DNA of 61,674 nucleotides, filler included, from Sphacelaria rigidula (GCA_964200075.2; 11 parts of 11 records of this genome joined end to end with filler, not necessarily neighbours in it), one strand, 5' to 3'; positions 12,011-26,639 are shown, counted from the first letter of the whole stretch. Notes: a model not told the origin generated them from the sequence alone. Numbers and translations are program-made.

Positions 12011-12869
12011 ACCCACCGCCCGTTTCGCTCACCCTCCTCCGTTCGATACGCACCGGGTTGTGATGCACATCAGGGTTGTTTTTGCCTCTTCACCGCACCC
12101 GAGAGAAAATTGACCCCTCCCAAACCTAAAGCTTTCTGACAGAAATCTGAGCTCGATTGCAGGTTGGTCGATGGCATTTGACGACGAGGACCATGGCCAT
12201 TAAAAAAAAACAGAAATGCATACCGTGAAAACGTATGCGTCAGAGTACTGTGCATGTGTGTATAAAGATATGCTTGGGAGTACAAGTACTTCAATGTCTT
12301 GGACATCGGTTCTCCTTGGGCGAATAGCTCGCTCTATGATGCCTTTTCCCCCCGTGTGTAAGTCGGCTTCAGGCATGGGTTAGCGGATGTTGGTGCCTCA
12401 AGGTTGGAGGAGAAAATGGGTAGATACGCACATTCGATATTCTATACTTGTTTTCGGGTGCGTTCTCCCAGGTCACTCTTCGGAAGACACGCACATACGA
12501 GGAAAGAGACAGTTGCGCACGTGTAGCTATATCGAGCCTTCTCCGCAGTACGCCAATCGCTGGTCTACCTGAATATAGCTCAAAACCCGGAAATTGTACT
12601 TCGTCTATTGCTACTCTCTACATTTTTTTCTCCCCACCCCTTCCGCTTCAAGGTGTCACTATGTGCTTGTTTTCACCTTGCGTTGCCTTGTGTCTGTGCA
12701 TGTGCTCGTTTTGCTGTTTTTTCTCGCCACGAATGTAAAAAATATCGTCAGGCGCTCCGAGCGGCGCTGTCAGGCGACTTGATTGCAGTGTGGGAGCGGG
12801 GTGACATTGCGTCATGAATAAATAGGATAGGATAAGCGGTCACTCGGGACCTAACGTATACTGTAATGT

Positions 12870-13640
12870 CATACGAAGTGTGTAGAATTATCCGGTGCAA
12901 CATAGCCAAGTTTGCTTAACTTGGTGGTGACCCCGGCGCAGACACGACTATCTCCATCGGAATCAAGCGACGAATCAGCGCCGTATGGGCGCGCCTCGAA
13001 AAGTACAGTTTCCAACTCTACGATCGGTCTCCGCCAAATCCTGTCTGTCGGAAAACCCGGCTGCTCGAAGCGAAGGAGGTAAAAGCCATGTTGTACGAAT
13101 GTGCCACGTGGACAGTGTACCCATAGGAATTCGAGAGCCTGCGCACTGCCCACCACAAGCCTCAAATGTACTGCGTACAGTTGGCTTCCGCAGGAAGGAC
13201 CGCATACCAGAAACAAGACTATTTCATACGGAGCTCAACTCAAGATGCCCAACTGCAAGCATATCAAGACGACCACCCGCAAGCGTCAACCCTGGTTCGC
13301 GGTGGTGGATTGTCCGCAGGATGAAACAAACCTTCCGGAGCGCATCCTGTTCGGACGGTTAGCCGCCAAAGGGCCCGGGGAGGCTGGTCGGCCTTCCAAA
13401 CGCAGCGTGAAGCGCACCCAGGAGAACCTGCGTGCGCCAGTGGCTGTCCCAAGCAAGGGAGGACGCAAGAAATAGTTTGTCTACAGTATGGAGGTCAAAC
13501 ACTCACAGCAATGGGTCACTGCCGCGAAGAACGTGGTCAAATGGTACAACGGGGGTCAACAAAAAAGCAGAGTTTCACATGAAAATACTTGCAGATATCG
13601 CATTTTTTTCTTCCAGTCGTTTTCTTGTCCCGAGGCCGCT
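12870..13640 (+). mobile_element. Degenerate RTE-clade LINE, C-terminal part of ORF
   Basis: Frameshifted pieces IKRRISAVWARLEKYSFQLYDR, AMLYECATWT, ESLRTAHHK, GFRRKDR, IKTTTRKRQPWFA, ERILFGRLAAKGP, WVTAAKNVVKWY; homologous to the copy at 20285-21079. Boundaries approximate. Confidence 0.85.
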
Positions 13641-16546
13641 CTCGAAACCTCGGAGCCAACGAAGCGAATCTACCAAGTGAGCTGGATTACTCTCGGTGGG
13701 GCGATGCAAAGTGTCCAAGACGTGTGGCGGCGTCATTCTCTCTTTGGGGGCCGTGTCAAAGGTCCCAGAAGCGGAAAATACGGTCCCCAAAAGAATGAGC
13801 GATAAAACGAAACGGTTGTGCGTTCGAATGCTGTACTGTAGTGTCATCTGAACGCGCACGCACGCGACCTATTGTAAATATAGTGCACGTCTCATGAGTA
13901 TCTCACGAGAGCTTAGCTGTCTCACAAGAGGTGGGACGATCTCATGATAGGTAGTCGAACGCTATGAGATGCCCATTATCTCTCCTGGACTGTCGTTGCG
14001 TGCTGCCCGTGCGACAGGTTTTGCTCGGACTACCCAAGTTGATTATGTGATGTCGTACTGTATACGAATCAAAAGCCGTGATCTTCAAGGCACATGCATA
14101 TAGTACGTGCATTTCGCCACTAGATCTCCACAATGAGCATGTCCGCAGCATGCCATTATAATCATTGTCGCGCTTCGCTGTTCTGTCGCACAAAACGTTC
14201 GTATTCTGACAAGAGAGAGCGAGGACCCAACGGTCGGATATTTGGCAATCTCCGAAACATGACAGGATTGGCGGTCTACGCAACGGGTTATCATTCCCCC
14301 CTTCCTCTCAACTTTAACGTTCGTGTCAACTGCGAGGGTCACACTCTTGAATCTTGAGATCAATCAAAAGATGTTTTCGACGTTTGTTCGGTAAAGTAGA
14401 GCTTTTGTCAGTGCAGGGCACTTTGTTGAGGGAAATACGATGCTGAAACCTTTCTCGGTTGGGGGTGTTATACCCCGACACGTACGGTTCGAAAATGCGG
14501 GACAATTACAACGTCAAGACACAGGAGGAGCCGATATCCACTTTCCCGAAATATAGAGCCCCAAATCGGCCCTTATTCACCCCACTGTGTTGTAGTGATA
14601 AATGGGTACTACAATTCTGTGATGGCGTTACAGTGCTATAACGTGTGAAACGTGTCTCGGTTCAGTCGCTGCTTCAAAATATCACCTCTCTTGGGTGTGG
14701 ACTGTAAACAGAGAACTGCGACGCCAGGGCGAAAAAGACGCCAGGGCGAAAACATTCTTGTCTTCACGTAGCCCCTCGGCAAGAGACAAGGAAGACGGCA
14801 CCCTGACCGTCAAGCCAAGGAAGTTATACGACGAAACGAGCAAGGTACGCTATCATTCAGGGCACGCGAAAGCTGGCAAAATACAGGGGATGATCCATGA
14901 GCTGTTGAGTGGCAAAACACGGCATACTTTTACATGTCGCTAGACCTCCTCGGAGACGATGTTGTCGCCGCATGTACCAAAACTGAAGACAAAAAAGAAT
15001 AGAAAAAGGGTGAATCTTAGCCCGCGAAGGAGTGCAAGTTGATTTCCGAGTATCGTCCAATCGGTCTAGACTGACTGTTTACAGATGCGGATGAAGCGTG
15101 AAAACACGGTTAGCTGGAAAAAATTCGTAACCGGAAGGAGAGACGGGTTCATGCAAGTTTGGATTGACCGCCGACCTCGCACAACACTGTGCAGAGACAA
15201 CTTTCAAGTAGACTGCAATCTTCAACGAGTTGGACGATACACCACAGTCAAGTGCTTTTAGCGGCGCAATTACTCTGGCTCCACAAACAGTTGTTGTTGT
15301 AGCACTCGTCCGCTCACGCCCTCGTTCATGTGCTGCTGGGTGTAGCTGTCACAATACCATGAAATGTCTAGACCTTGCGAAGACGATGTGGCCTCCGCTG
15401 GAGATTTCCTTAGTCCCTGTGTTGTTGTGTCCCGCTCTGTACAAGAAAAAATAATACCATGATGCGTTTTTCGCATTTGCGTTTTGTGTCTTCCGCAACG
15501 AACAAGGCGCTTCGTGACCCACCATTCAGGTGTTGCAGCTGTGTGATGCTGTATTGTAGGGTGGTGCGTTTGAACCCTGGGAAGACGGTTTGATCTGCAT
15601 GCAATACTATAGGTATTGCTTGAACTGCTGACTCGATACTGTTGCGATTGTATCCCGGTCGATATAAATGCTCTACAGACAGTATAGTAGTTCCCGCGCA
15701 GCAGTGCAGTCCCCAAACGGTTGAAAACTGCTGCTGCAGCCAAACCTACTGGCGGTCGTGTTGTGCCCCAGCTTGGTTCAGTCTCCCTGTGTTCAGTCGG
15801 CCAAGCGTATCGTATTTACTTGAGTTTGCAAACAATTGGTTCATCTTGGATCCAGGTACGATTTCGTTTCATCAGGATACAAGCAGGCGGAGTATACGGC
15901 CGTGGATGGCGATACGCTTAACCCTTACACCCCGAGAGTAGTCTAGCTGGATCATGCATACTTTCAAGTGAAATTGATGCTGAGTCAACATATGCCCCAC
16001 GTTCGCCGTCTAACGGTTAAGAAGTACATACAGGCTGGTTCAGATTGAATACCCGAAATTTATTCCCCGGCCGATGATGAACGCAATACCCAGCCATTAC
16101 GCACAAATGTGGTATCATACTGGCCGCAATAAACATACAAAACGGGTGATATAGCTAGATTTTCGTTCAAGGCTATAGCGGTGGCGCTATGGACAAAAGT
16201 ATGTCTCGACTAATCAGCGCCCTTCAAATTGACCCAAAATTGAAAAGACGAATTCCAAGCCCAATTTCCACCGAATCCCCACATGGTTCAAATCGTAGTA
16301 ACCGTCATCCGCTTGGGAATCTAACGGGAGAAAAAGAGTTGAAAACGGTTCCAACGGGGTCGAATTTTGCCCGAAACCGTAATGTTTCGGTGATGTAGAG
16401 CTTTGGCGTCGTCTAATTTCCACTCATGATACGTACAAAAGATCCACGGAGCGTCGTGACGATTTACTTTTATCTGCTGTAGAAAAGGTCAGATCATCCT
16501 CAAACTTGGAGGTTCCGTAGTTATTTATGCTCCAAGTGGAAAAGTT

Positions 16547-16750
16547 CACAGGCACCGTAGGTAAGGTAGGTAACCGGTACCGGTATTTGGGACATCTCAT
16601 ACCCCACCAATACCGACTGAATCCGGTATTTTCAAATGCCGTATCTACGATACCTGCGATACCAGGGTATTTCGAAATTTCAATACCTACCCTACCCGCC
16701 CAATCCGGGTTTTTAAATGCCATACCTACGATACCTACGATACCAGGGTA
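16547..16750. mobile_element. Repeat family C terminus (TIR CACAGGCACCGTAGGTAAGGTA plus 82-bp-type units), cut by contig end
   Basis: Same terminus as 42258 and 42756; internal units are the reverse complement of those at 42350-42620. Confidence 0.85.
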
Positions 16751-16850
16751 NNNNNNNNNNNNNNNNNNNNNNNNNNNNNNNNNNNNNNNNNNNNTTAATT
16801 AATTAANNNNNNNNNNNNNNNNNNNNNNNNNNNNNNNNNNNNNNNNNNNN
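16751..16850. other. Artificial contig linker
   Basis: 44 N + TTAATTAATTAA + 44 N. Confidence 0.98.
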
Positions 16851-17862
16851 CTGCATGTTTTCGATCGAAAACATTTTTTTTTCCCTCGTTGCATTCTTCT
16901 CCGCGCGCCGCTAATTATATTTTTGAGTTGAAGCCTTCGAGGAACACAAATGCGGTGGACGTATCAGATGGGCAGAGAAAACTTCGATCGCACTTATTCG
17001 ATCGAAAAAAAAGGTGAGCGGTGTTTTAGCGAAACAAAGAAAATGATAATTATTTCGTGATGGTGATCGTGTATCGACGCTACACTCTTGGCTCGTGGCG
17101 TGGTGCGGCTATTCCTTTATAGCTGGCAATGGTGTATTGCATGCACCATCCATATGTATGTTCCATCATGCTTCATCATCGCTTCCTATTTTGAGACCCG
17201 TGGTTGGTTATGATTTCATCATCGCTTCCGACGGAAAGAGATTTTCAATACAAAAAAATGTGGTGATTGCAGCGTTGTGGTTTTCGAAGCCTTGAACGGA
17301 CAAACCTTACCGTCTGCATATTACACGTGGTGTGTTCGTGTGTTCTTGTCCCATCTATTCTGGACGCCGGTCTACACCTTTCGGTAAAAGTCGGTGCATC
17401 AGCCGGGGTCACACAGGAGGAGGATCAACACAGGAGTTTCTCTTTATGTAGAACAAAGTAAACCGTGCTGTTATTCCTCGGAATAGCTCTGATTATGTTG
17501 GGTTGTGTGGTAAGCCTTTGCACGTGCGCCCCTGTCAACCAGACATGTATGTTTCCCGTCAAGGTGTCCGCAAATCCCTCTTCAAAAGAGGATTTCAGGA
17601 AGTAGTGCTATTTTTGCGCTTCCTGAAGTCTTTTCTAAACAAGGGATTTCTGGGCACGTTTCGGGGTTTTTCTGGGGGGGCGGGTGATATCGCAGCGACC
17701 ACTCAGCGATCGTTTTCGAAAGAACAATCTCGAAAAGGGGTTGATTTAACTTGATCGAACCAACAAATGATCGTGATCGGTGCAGGGGTGCACGAGGAAC
17801 CAAAATGCCGCACAGCTATCTACTACAAACTGTACCCTTCTATTTTTTGGACCTCCTCAGGG

Positions 17863-17900
17863 CACACGCGGCCATTTCGCTACCCCCCGAAATGCCTCCG
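17863..17900. mobile_element. Orphan TIR of the CACACGCGGCCAT family
   Basis: CACACGCGGCCATTTCGCTACC matches the 6348 TIR at 20/22 positions. Confidence 0.6.
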
Positions 17901-19011
17901 ACCAATCAGCGATCGTTTTTAATTGAGAAAAGAGGATTTAAAAAAAGATAGGGGAAATCCCGTTCGATGAAAAGGACCCTGGGAGAGTACAGCAGCACGT
18001 TACTCAACTCCTGTACTCTGCGTTGGTTGTTCTGGCTCTGCATTGAAAGTGTGATCCATGTCATCACGGTCGGGGTGGTCATACGGCACTGACCAGGCAC
18101 AAGTATTTTTGCCATAATCCTAGGTTGCACAGGCGTCGATGATGCACCCGGGTGCTCATATAATTTTTCTGCTTCGCGGACGCTACGGTAGAGTTCAAGT
18201 GCAGGTCGAGTAGAGTATATACTTTTGAGTATGCTCCTGCTCGACGAACGGATGTAAGATAAGTATTACCCGAACATCCTCCTCGGAGGCAAAAAACAAA
18301 CGAACGACTCTTGCAAGGGTCGGACAAATCAATGATTCGTCTGGAAATCACTTGCTTTTAGTATAACAGATTCGAATCGTACGAATCAATCCCTAGGCTC
18401 GAATCAATCCCTAGGCTTTGTTTTCAGCGTTGCAACCCAGGTACACGCAGCCCAGACACGTGGAATGGCGCAAAAGTTGCGTGGATACCCCTTGGACCGG
18501 CGGTCAACTTTTATCTCCCTTTTGGACAATCAGGCCGAAGAAACCGTGGATTTGGTGATTCGTAGTCGTGATGATTCGACATAACCGTGGACTCTTGGTA
18601 TTATTTTCACACCAACTACATGGCTGCGGCGTGTTCGCTACTTTTTAGTTGTGTGCTTCGAGCACAAATGCACCCACTGGGTTTAGCCCTTTTCAGGGCA
18701 CGTCCCGCGCTCAGCAGGAAAACTCGGACAATGGCCTATTATTTCTTTTGCGGGTTTTGAGAGTCGGCTTGGAAAGCACGTGGAAATAAGGGTCAACCCC
18801 GGAATGTCTCAGTGGTGCGGAGGTGTATGTGGCGTCTGAATAGGAATAGCGTTACCTTGACGCACGATTTCTCCCTGTCGAGGATGCAGTCTAAAATCAA
18901 TTGTATCGCAAGAAACGAAGGAAAAGGGGCGATGGTTCAAGATGGTGAGTAAAGTGTCGCCACACAGCCCGGACACGTTTCGGGGGCTAGCCCCCGCGTT
19001 TAGCACCCCTA

Positions 19012-19307
19012 CACACGCAGCCATTTCTCCAAAATGCCTCCGGAGGGATGCGCGGCCCTCCAGAGGCAAAACAAGCCTCCGCAGGCCTTCAATCCCGCTG
19101 GAGGAAACCGAATACTACCGGCCTGGGAGGGCGCGCACCCCTCCGAAGGCAAAAACAAGCGTTCATATGCGTTTAATCCCTCTGGAGACAACAAACAAGT
19201 GTTCTGTTGGAGGTCTGCGCACCCCTCCGGAGGCGTTTAGTTCCTCTGGAGACTCGAAACGTTTACCGCCCTGGAGGAATTTTGGGGATAGCCAGATGGC
19301 CGCGTGT
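19012..19307. mobile_element. MITE of the CACACGCGGCCAT (CACTA-like) family
   Basis: Ends CACACGCAGCCAT ... ATGGCCGCGTGT; about ten CCTCNNGAGG-type motifs inside; CTA on both flanks is a possible 3-bp TSD. Confidence 0.75.
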
Positions 19308-19490
19308 CTAACGCTCATCATGTTAGCCATTGGGCTGGAAGCCCATATTTGCTTATACTTTGTACTTATTAGTTATGGTTGACGTCGTTTTCGCTTCTCG
19401 TAATTGTGTTCAAACCACCACGCGTGCGAGAACCGTGGCGTTGGTACCTGCGGCGGTGCTGCCACGTGCGTCAGCCGTGGCTCACCACTA

Positions 19491-21830
19491 GTTATCATTA
19501 TTATCATTATTATCATTATCACCATTATTAATATTATCGCGCATTAGCACGATCTCGCGAACCCGTGGTCACAGACGTAGGCTCGTCTTTCCAATATCGT
19601 CCCTGCTATTACTAATAATAAGACATTACCAAAACCTGAAAGTAATAAGAGAGACGCCACGAAAACATGTGAGAAATGGCTCCGCCGATTTCAAAAGGGG
19701 GGGGGAAATGAGACAAAAATCAACAACGTCATGTTTTCCGAAAAGAAAGAAGTACACCGAAAGAAAGGAAGAGCGAAAATAAAACAAGAGAAGACAAGAA
19801 AAGACAGGTTACACAAGGAGATTAGCATGCAAACCAAGTTCCGGTTCAACTAAAAAAAACAACCCCAGGCACTCTCATCGACGACTACCACAGCTGTTCA
19901 GAAACGTGCGGCAGATGTACCAGCGAGTGTTTTGCCCGATGGACCACAGCTTACGTTTCGGAGCTCCTCGACACTGGGGGAACTCTAGAGGCAGTACAGC
20001 AAAAAACTCCTAAGCTTGGCGTGCTTTTGTCCACGCGACCATGTACAAGTTAGGCCCCTCCTCTACAACTCGAGATCATTCGGACGCATATTGGGCAACC
20101 TGCGTCCACGATGTCGAGTTTATTCCAAAATATGAGCAGTGGTCCGTGGTGCAATGTTGTAGGCACCTTGCGGATCGGCCTGCCCTGGCCTTTCCTCCAA
20201 CCATCACTCCACGAATGACGATGTTGGGGAGGCAATCATCGTGCATATGCACAACGCGGCCGGCGTGTAGGAGGGTTCGTTTCATCACGTTGGCCTCGAT
20301 GCATTCGCAGCTAGTTCGTTCGAGGGCCTCGTGGTACGGCAGCATTTGGTAGTCAGGGTCTTGCGACTGAACGTATGCTTGCTGAGGCACCTCAGAAGAA
20401 ATCCTCGGTAAGCCTCCAATGACGCGCCGAAACTGTCTTGTGCGATCGTCCAGGTCGCGCAGACGTACACCATCACCTCGATCACTTCAGTCTTCAGAAG
20501 GCTGGCCTTGGTGGCCAGGGCGATGTACTGGTTGACGTAGATCGCTTTGCTATACTTGTGGAAGCACGCCCAGGCCTGGCCAATGCGGCTGTGGATCTCA
20601 GGGATGACATCACCGATGCTGCTGATTTTACCGCCAAGATAGAGGAAATATTCAACTTGCTTGTATCGTGGGCCAGCTGCCTCCACCTCGACCGTTTCCG
20701 CCTCCATGTTCGGGGAACACATGTGCATGGTGACAGTCTTGTTTTCCGCCACGACAAGGCCGGACGCCGCACAGACCTCGACGATTGCGATCATCGTCTT
20801 TGCCAGGCTTTCTCGAGACCGCGAGGCGATGCCAGCGTCGTCGGCGTGTAGCATGGTCCAGAGCACTTTCCTGAGTTCATTCCTGGTGTTCCTGCCCATT
20901 GCAGGGATTCGGATGAAATACTGAACCACCGCTTTATTGATCGAGAAGCGGTCGAACGATACCGTCATCAACACCGCGAAAAAGATGTTGAACAGGTCAG
21001 GGGAAAGTACACAACCTTGGCGGAGGCCCTGGTTGACGTTAAACATTCGGATGTTTCGCCGCTGTCCAGGCGTACGCATACCCGCATGCCGTCATGGAGT
21101 TGGCGGAGGATGAAAATTACCTTGGTGCGTATACCGTAGCGCGCTTAAAACGTTTCAGAGAAGAGAGCGGTCCACTGAGTCGTATGCGTTTTGGAGGTCG
21201 ATGAAGCACATGTACAGAGGAACATTCTTCTTTCGGGCCAGTTCTTCGAGTCCGCGTACAACGAACATCATGTCGACTGTGGAACGACCAGGTCGGAAAC
21301 CGCATTGCGATTCTGGGAGGATTCCATTCCACTCGCAAAATGCGCTGAGGCGAGTCGCAACTATCTTGAGCACCACCTTACCCGCGTGGGACCCGAGAGA
21401 AATATCGCGGTAGTTGCCGCATTCGTACGGGTCCTGCTTCTTGAAAAGCACCTTGATGATGGTGTATTTCCACTCTTGCGGTACAACTTTCTGACGCCAC
21501 ATGGTGAGTACAATGTCGTGGAGGCACGTCAGGATGGCAAAGTCTTCGGTGCAGCCAAGCTTCAACAGTTCGTCACAGATAGATGTTGTCCGTCTCAGCA
21601 GTCTTGCCGTTTGTCAGGTTGCCCACCGCTTACTTCACTTCTACCATCGAGGGCTCCGCCGCGAGCGGTGTGTGTTCCGGCAGCTGTTCAATGAGACCGA
21701 TGACCGAGTGACCAATTGTAGACGAGGTTGCATTCAGCACTGTCTCGAACCATTACTTCCATCGTTGCAGGATAGCTTGCTTGTCCCGCAACAGCTCGCC
21801 AGTCGCGCTCCTGACGTAGTTCGGGTCGTG
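19491..21830 (-). mobile_element. 5'-truncated, frameshifted RTE-clade LINE with reverse transcriptase, 3' UTR and (TAA/TGA)n tail
   Basis: RT motifs [69 protein letters not shown]. 3' end at 19550-19612 matches 50352-50444. 5' boundary approximate. Confidence 0.93.
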
Positions 21831-22366
21831 TGATCCTTAGATATTCGTCACAACCCTGAGACCGCCGATGACCAGCGATGAAAATACAAGATGCCCGTCC
21901 ATGAATCGTTTCGTGGTGACCTGAACATATTTGTGCGTTTTTTAAGAGTCCAACTAACTCCAAAACCTCGACCTCAGTTTTTTCGGCGAAATATATTGGG
22001 GGCGACACGCGCGTAAGAGCACGCATACTGCGGTAGTTCAATTTTTTGGAAAGTGGGGCAGTCATCTCGCTGGCAAGGCCCCATAGCTGAAAATGCGCCC
22101 ACTAGAACCTTCGTCAGAACGTGTTGGGTTGTGGCCCCGAAAAATTAGGTTTGAATGCAGAAGTTTTCACCCGAGAATCCTACAGCAATCAGCACCCGTG
22201 TTGCACTCCATGCGAGATGATGGCGATACTTTTTAAGTGACGCACAGAAACAGAACACGTCTCAGCACCAAAGGTACGCAACCCCCCCCCCCCCCCCCCC
22301 CCCCCCCAAAAACACAAAAAAAATCACTTTTTTTTATTTTTTTCTTTCTTTCTTATATTAAAAAAA

Positions 22367-22466
22367 NNNNNNNNNNNNNNNNNNNNNNNNNNNNNNNNNN
22401 NNNNNNNNNNTTAATTAATTAANNNNNNNNNNNNNNNNNNNNNNNNNNNNNNNNNNNNNNNNNNNN
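22367..22466. other. Artificial contig linker
   Basis: 44 N + TTAATTAATTAA + 44 N. Confidence 0.98.
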
Positions 22467-23739
22467 TGAATTCTACCCCCTTCCCTCTGCCCCGTTTTTT
22501 CCTTTTTGTTTTCTTAAGTTTTTTTTTTCCCACTTCCTCCCCCCCCCCCCCCCCCGATATTGTATATACCGAAAGCATGTTGTTCAACTCGGGATATTGA
22601 ATCAGCACTCCGGCATTGAGTTGAGAATGTTCTTGTTTCTTCTTCCGCTCGCCTCTCATGCTCCGGACGTTGTTCAAAACATGAATCAGGCACTTACGCC
22701 CGGGAGAGAAACCGATTTTTTTTAAAGATTTGATCACCTCATCTCAGACCTGACCAGTGCAGCCAGTTGGGCCACAAGGGTGATTGATTTTGAAGGATCG
22801 AACAGGTTGTCGCACATTGCTGTAACTGATCCACGAGGGATCCAACCGTGGTCATTGTGCACAAGATGGGCGTTCCTAACGAAGGAGAAACCACACAAAA
22901 GTGCTTTTTCCCCAAAGAAAGGAGGAAAATGAAGAGCAAGGAGGAACAAACAAGGAAACGGATTGACCCTTTTGGAACCCGTTGACGATTTTCGTATTTG
23001 TGAATCGGGATCATTTTACTTGAAAATGACTCAAAATGATGTCGATCCATTAAAACAAAAATCGTCAATGGGTTCCAAAAGAGAACAAAAAAGAAAGAGG
23101 ATTCATCAATGTGCCGCATTATGCCATTACACACAGGTTGAATACATACACCAACGTACCGTGTGTAGACAGGTTCTGGCGCACTCATACCTATCGCCTA
23201 TCCCGACCAGGAGGCTTCGACACACGAACCCCGTCTAAAGATTTATGTGTGTGTGTTTCCCCTTGAGGGAGGAAACCTCAACCAACACATACCCCGTGAG
23301 CAGGTTCGTGTGCCGATTGCCTGGAGGCTCGGCTACACCTCCTCGTGGCATACAGTCAGTCATGTGGGGGTAGACCCCTCGAGCGTTCGCAATATTTGCT
23401 TAAGGCAAGTGTGGGGGTCCAATCCACTTGAAACCCCTGTTGTGACTTGGCGCAGTCCACGCGCCGCCTCACTCTTGTGGGCTTTGGCCCTGGCATAGAC
23501 GGGGGCTACGCTACCATTGCCCCCTCGAGAGTTGATGTACCTCACAAGCATCAAACGACACTAACAAGAAGAAAGTTGACGCCCGGCTTAATTCGCAGTA
23601 TTCTGCAGCTGACTTTTGGGGATCAATTTCATTCAAGGGTCATTCCACGTGCCGGTCACTCGAGTTGTCGTACGATATGGGTTTACAACATATCCACTGA
23701 GCTAAACAGTCACCGCTGACGTACGATAGGGAAGGGGAA

Positions 23740-23811
23740 GGGGGACGTACTCGTTTGTTGCTTGCCTTGGTCAGTCGACCATCGACCACGCATCCCTTTG
23801 GAGACGGAGCA
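23740..23811 (-). mobile_element. Repeat family A copy
   Basis: gtactcgtttgttgcttgccttggtc...cgcatccctttggagacggagca is the reverse complement of the A core. Confidence 0.8.
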
Positions 23812-24244
23812 AGGGGTGAAGGGCGTGAATTTTGCGGGTTTTTTTTTCCCCAACGAAATACGCACTTTTAATCCTCGTTGGAAGCGAGTTCTTTTGTTCG
23901 AATGCGCTTGGTACCCGTAACACGCACGCTCATTCGTATTGCTTGAAAATGTTTTCACCCATAGACAAGCCCGACGTGAGCGCGTTATAGGTGGGTCGTC
24001 TGTCACCCGTGGCCCCCCGGTTTTTCGTGCAATCAAACACCCTCTTTCTGCTTAGATTACAGCACAATCATGGGATACTCGATCCAAGTCGACGAAATAC
24101 CACAAAATTTTCTGATACTGTACTGTACTGTCCAAAGAAAATGCGCTCTTGCCAGCTAGCTCGTAACCCTATTTTCTCGCGGGGTTCCTCTGGGGATTTC
24201 TCGCACGCATGGTCGTGGGTCGTATGTGGAATGGGAACGAACAG

Positions 24245-24355
24245 ATGATGGAGGACCGGGCACGGAAAGCGTCACAGGCTAAAGTGGACGCTGCGCTGCG
24301 ACGCGAGGAGTTGGCTAGGATGGCGGAGGATAGGCGCCGGGCGCGTCAGCTAGAG
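24245..24355 (+). CDS. Exon of a charged coiled-coil protein (MMEDRARKASQAKVDAALRREELARMAEDRRRARQLE)
   Basis: aacAG acceptor, GAG|GT donor, 111 nt, phase 0/0, E/R/K/A-rich; not in the ORF track. Confidence 0.65.
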
Positions 24356-24449
24356 GTGTTGTGATGTCTTGTGTCTCAGTTCAAGCCCTGCATGTATTGC
24401 TCCTGCGTTGATCGAACAAGGATACCAGTAACAAGTGATGGAGAGGGGA

Positions 24450-24710
24450 GGGGGGAGGTACTCGTCATGATTTTCCATGCGGTAGTCATGAGGCCAATGA
24501 CCTCGTATTGCTTTAAGGCCAAGATGGAATACGCCGGATATTCGCCGGATAAGGCTGGCAATCATCAAGCGCGAAGTGCTGTGGTGTGTTCGGTGAAACG
24601 CATGATTGAGGGGCGGGGGTACTCATGATCTCGCATGCCATCGTGACAAGACAATTGACCTCGCAATCCTTCAAGGCCGGAACGTAGCACGCCGGGTTTT
24701 CGCGGTCGGG
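24450..24710 (+). mobile_element. Two adjacent family B fragments (24450-24603 and 24612-24710)
   Basis: Each begins with a G-rich tract and GTACTC(gtc)ATGAT; both align to 46762-46900. Confidence 0.8.
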
Positions 24711-26409
24711 GGGGGGAGGTCTACGCTCACACAGCTGCTTTGCCTCACCCCCGAAAAAGGCATATTCTGTTTCCATGCATGAGGCATGGATGAAACAGTA
24801 CAAGAGAAGCACGTGGTCGTGGTTTTAGTATGGGTTATAACTAGTACAGGGGTTCGCTCTGTTCTCTCGCTGTCAAACTAGGAAAGGTGCTTTATAAAGT
24901 GATTTACCGATGCATCCTCTACTGTACCCTGCCTTCCGATATATTGCACGCTGCGACCGATGTGTTTGCATACTCCATGAAGTTCAAACTGTGATATTCC
25001 CAACCCGAGATCAAAGTTACGTATTTTTGCCAATGCTTTACCGTACGTGTCTCTAATGGATACTCTGCTGTACGGTTCTCATTGAGCCCCGTCATCCCTG
25101 CGCCCGAAATGAGTTTCTTGTGCAACATTATAGACTGGGGCCCAGAATAAATGGGACAACACAGCAACACACACACTACCGTAGACAATGAATTCAACAG
25201 TGTACGCAGTACACTTTTTGTTGACAATGTATTGTATTGTCATTGTCCAAGATATGGCGCAATGGAAGCCGTGGCGATTGTGTTTGGCTTACGAATATCT
25301 CGTTTTGGTGGCAGCAGTCGAGATGCTGGCGTTTACTCACCCTGGACGTGGGAATTGGGTGGTGTGCGGATGAAGAGAATCTCCTCGAATGTGAGGTTGA
25401 ACAATGAAATGAGATTCAGTTCCAAAACAATGCCTTCCCCGGCCTGACGTTATGACGAATAGTCGTCATATGGATAACCTCATGTCCTCGGATCTCCCTG
25501 AAGCTATTTTGGAGGAGTTTCGCGGCTTTTCCTTTCCCCGAAGGGCATGTGCGAAAACACTTTATCCGGGCAATCAATCGTTCCTTTTTTCACTCCGATA
25601 TTGAGTCGAGAAGATACTTACACACATGAATAACCCTTTGAAGAAACGGAAGACGGCAAGTTCCTAAAAATAGTTGAAGGGAGGGTGGGGGGCATGGCGT
25701 CGTCCATACGTGAGTCATTTTTCGTGACTTCAGGTCAGGCAATACTCTGTTTTAGGAATCGAAGCTCGCTTCGATTTTCAACCTCGTTTTCGATGAGACT
25801 CTCTTGGTATTTGTTGGAGAAATCACGTGTAGAGGGGAGCCTTTTCCGGGAGCCACCCGCTTACAGCGCAGGATTTTTCCATGGATGACCATGATGGCGT
25901 GATGGCGACCGCTGAGGAGGGCACTCGACTGGGCGAGCACACTGTGTCTCTACCGTCAAAACCCATCAACCACGTGTTTTGTGTGTCTGTTTGCCTGTGC
26001 GACTGTGTGTCGTACGTGATATCAAATATGATCCAAAGATCCACGGCAAAGCTCGGCTGCCGACCCCAGCATGAATACGCCAACCGAAGGAATACTCGAG
26101 CACAGTGTACACACCGAAACAAATCAGTAAGATCAGATCAGATCAGATTAGATTAGATTAGATTAGATGAGACTACATCGAATGTAGCGGTATTCGGGGG
26201 TGCCTTCCGTTCCTTCCTCTTCTTGTGCGTGTGTGCGCGTGCGTGTGAGAGTGTATGTTGCAACCCCTTTATATCCTCGACGTCTACACCTTCCGGCGTA
26301 TGTAGGCGTGCCAGCCGGGGTCAGACAGGACTAAGATCACAATGGAGCCACACCCTGGATGATGACAGTAGATTACATTGTCAAAAAGCGTACTGCGTGG
26401 AATATGGAG

Positions 26410-26505
26410 TCTGTTGTCTATTGCAATATATGCAATAGTCGATACTGTACGCAGTACAATTTTCGACGATGTAATTTATTGTCACTGTCCAGCACACCGT
26501 GGACG
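26410..26505. repeat. Short interspersed repeat family D (also about 25180-25250 and 44060-44150)
   Basis: Shared gcaatagtcgatactgtaYgcagtaca...attgtcaYtRtcca. Confidence 0.7.
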
Positions 26506-26639
26506 ATGACAACATACAGTCGACAGATGATATACAAGAATATGTACTGGGTAAAGTACAGGCCTATTGCAACTACTGTCTGTAGGTTTACAGTAGTCGC
26601 ATTTTTCATGTTTTAGCGAACTTTGAACCCCTTTACTTC

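Noticed and set aside
14400..15250. Protein-coding gene
   Set aside because: Short broken ORFs with no recognisable domain or consistent splice pattern.
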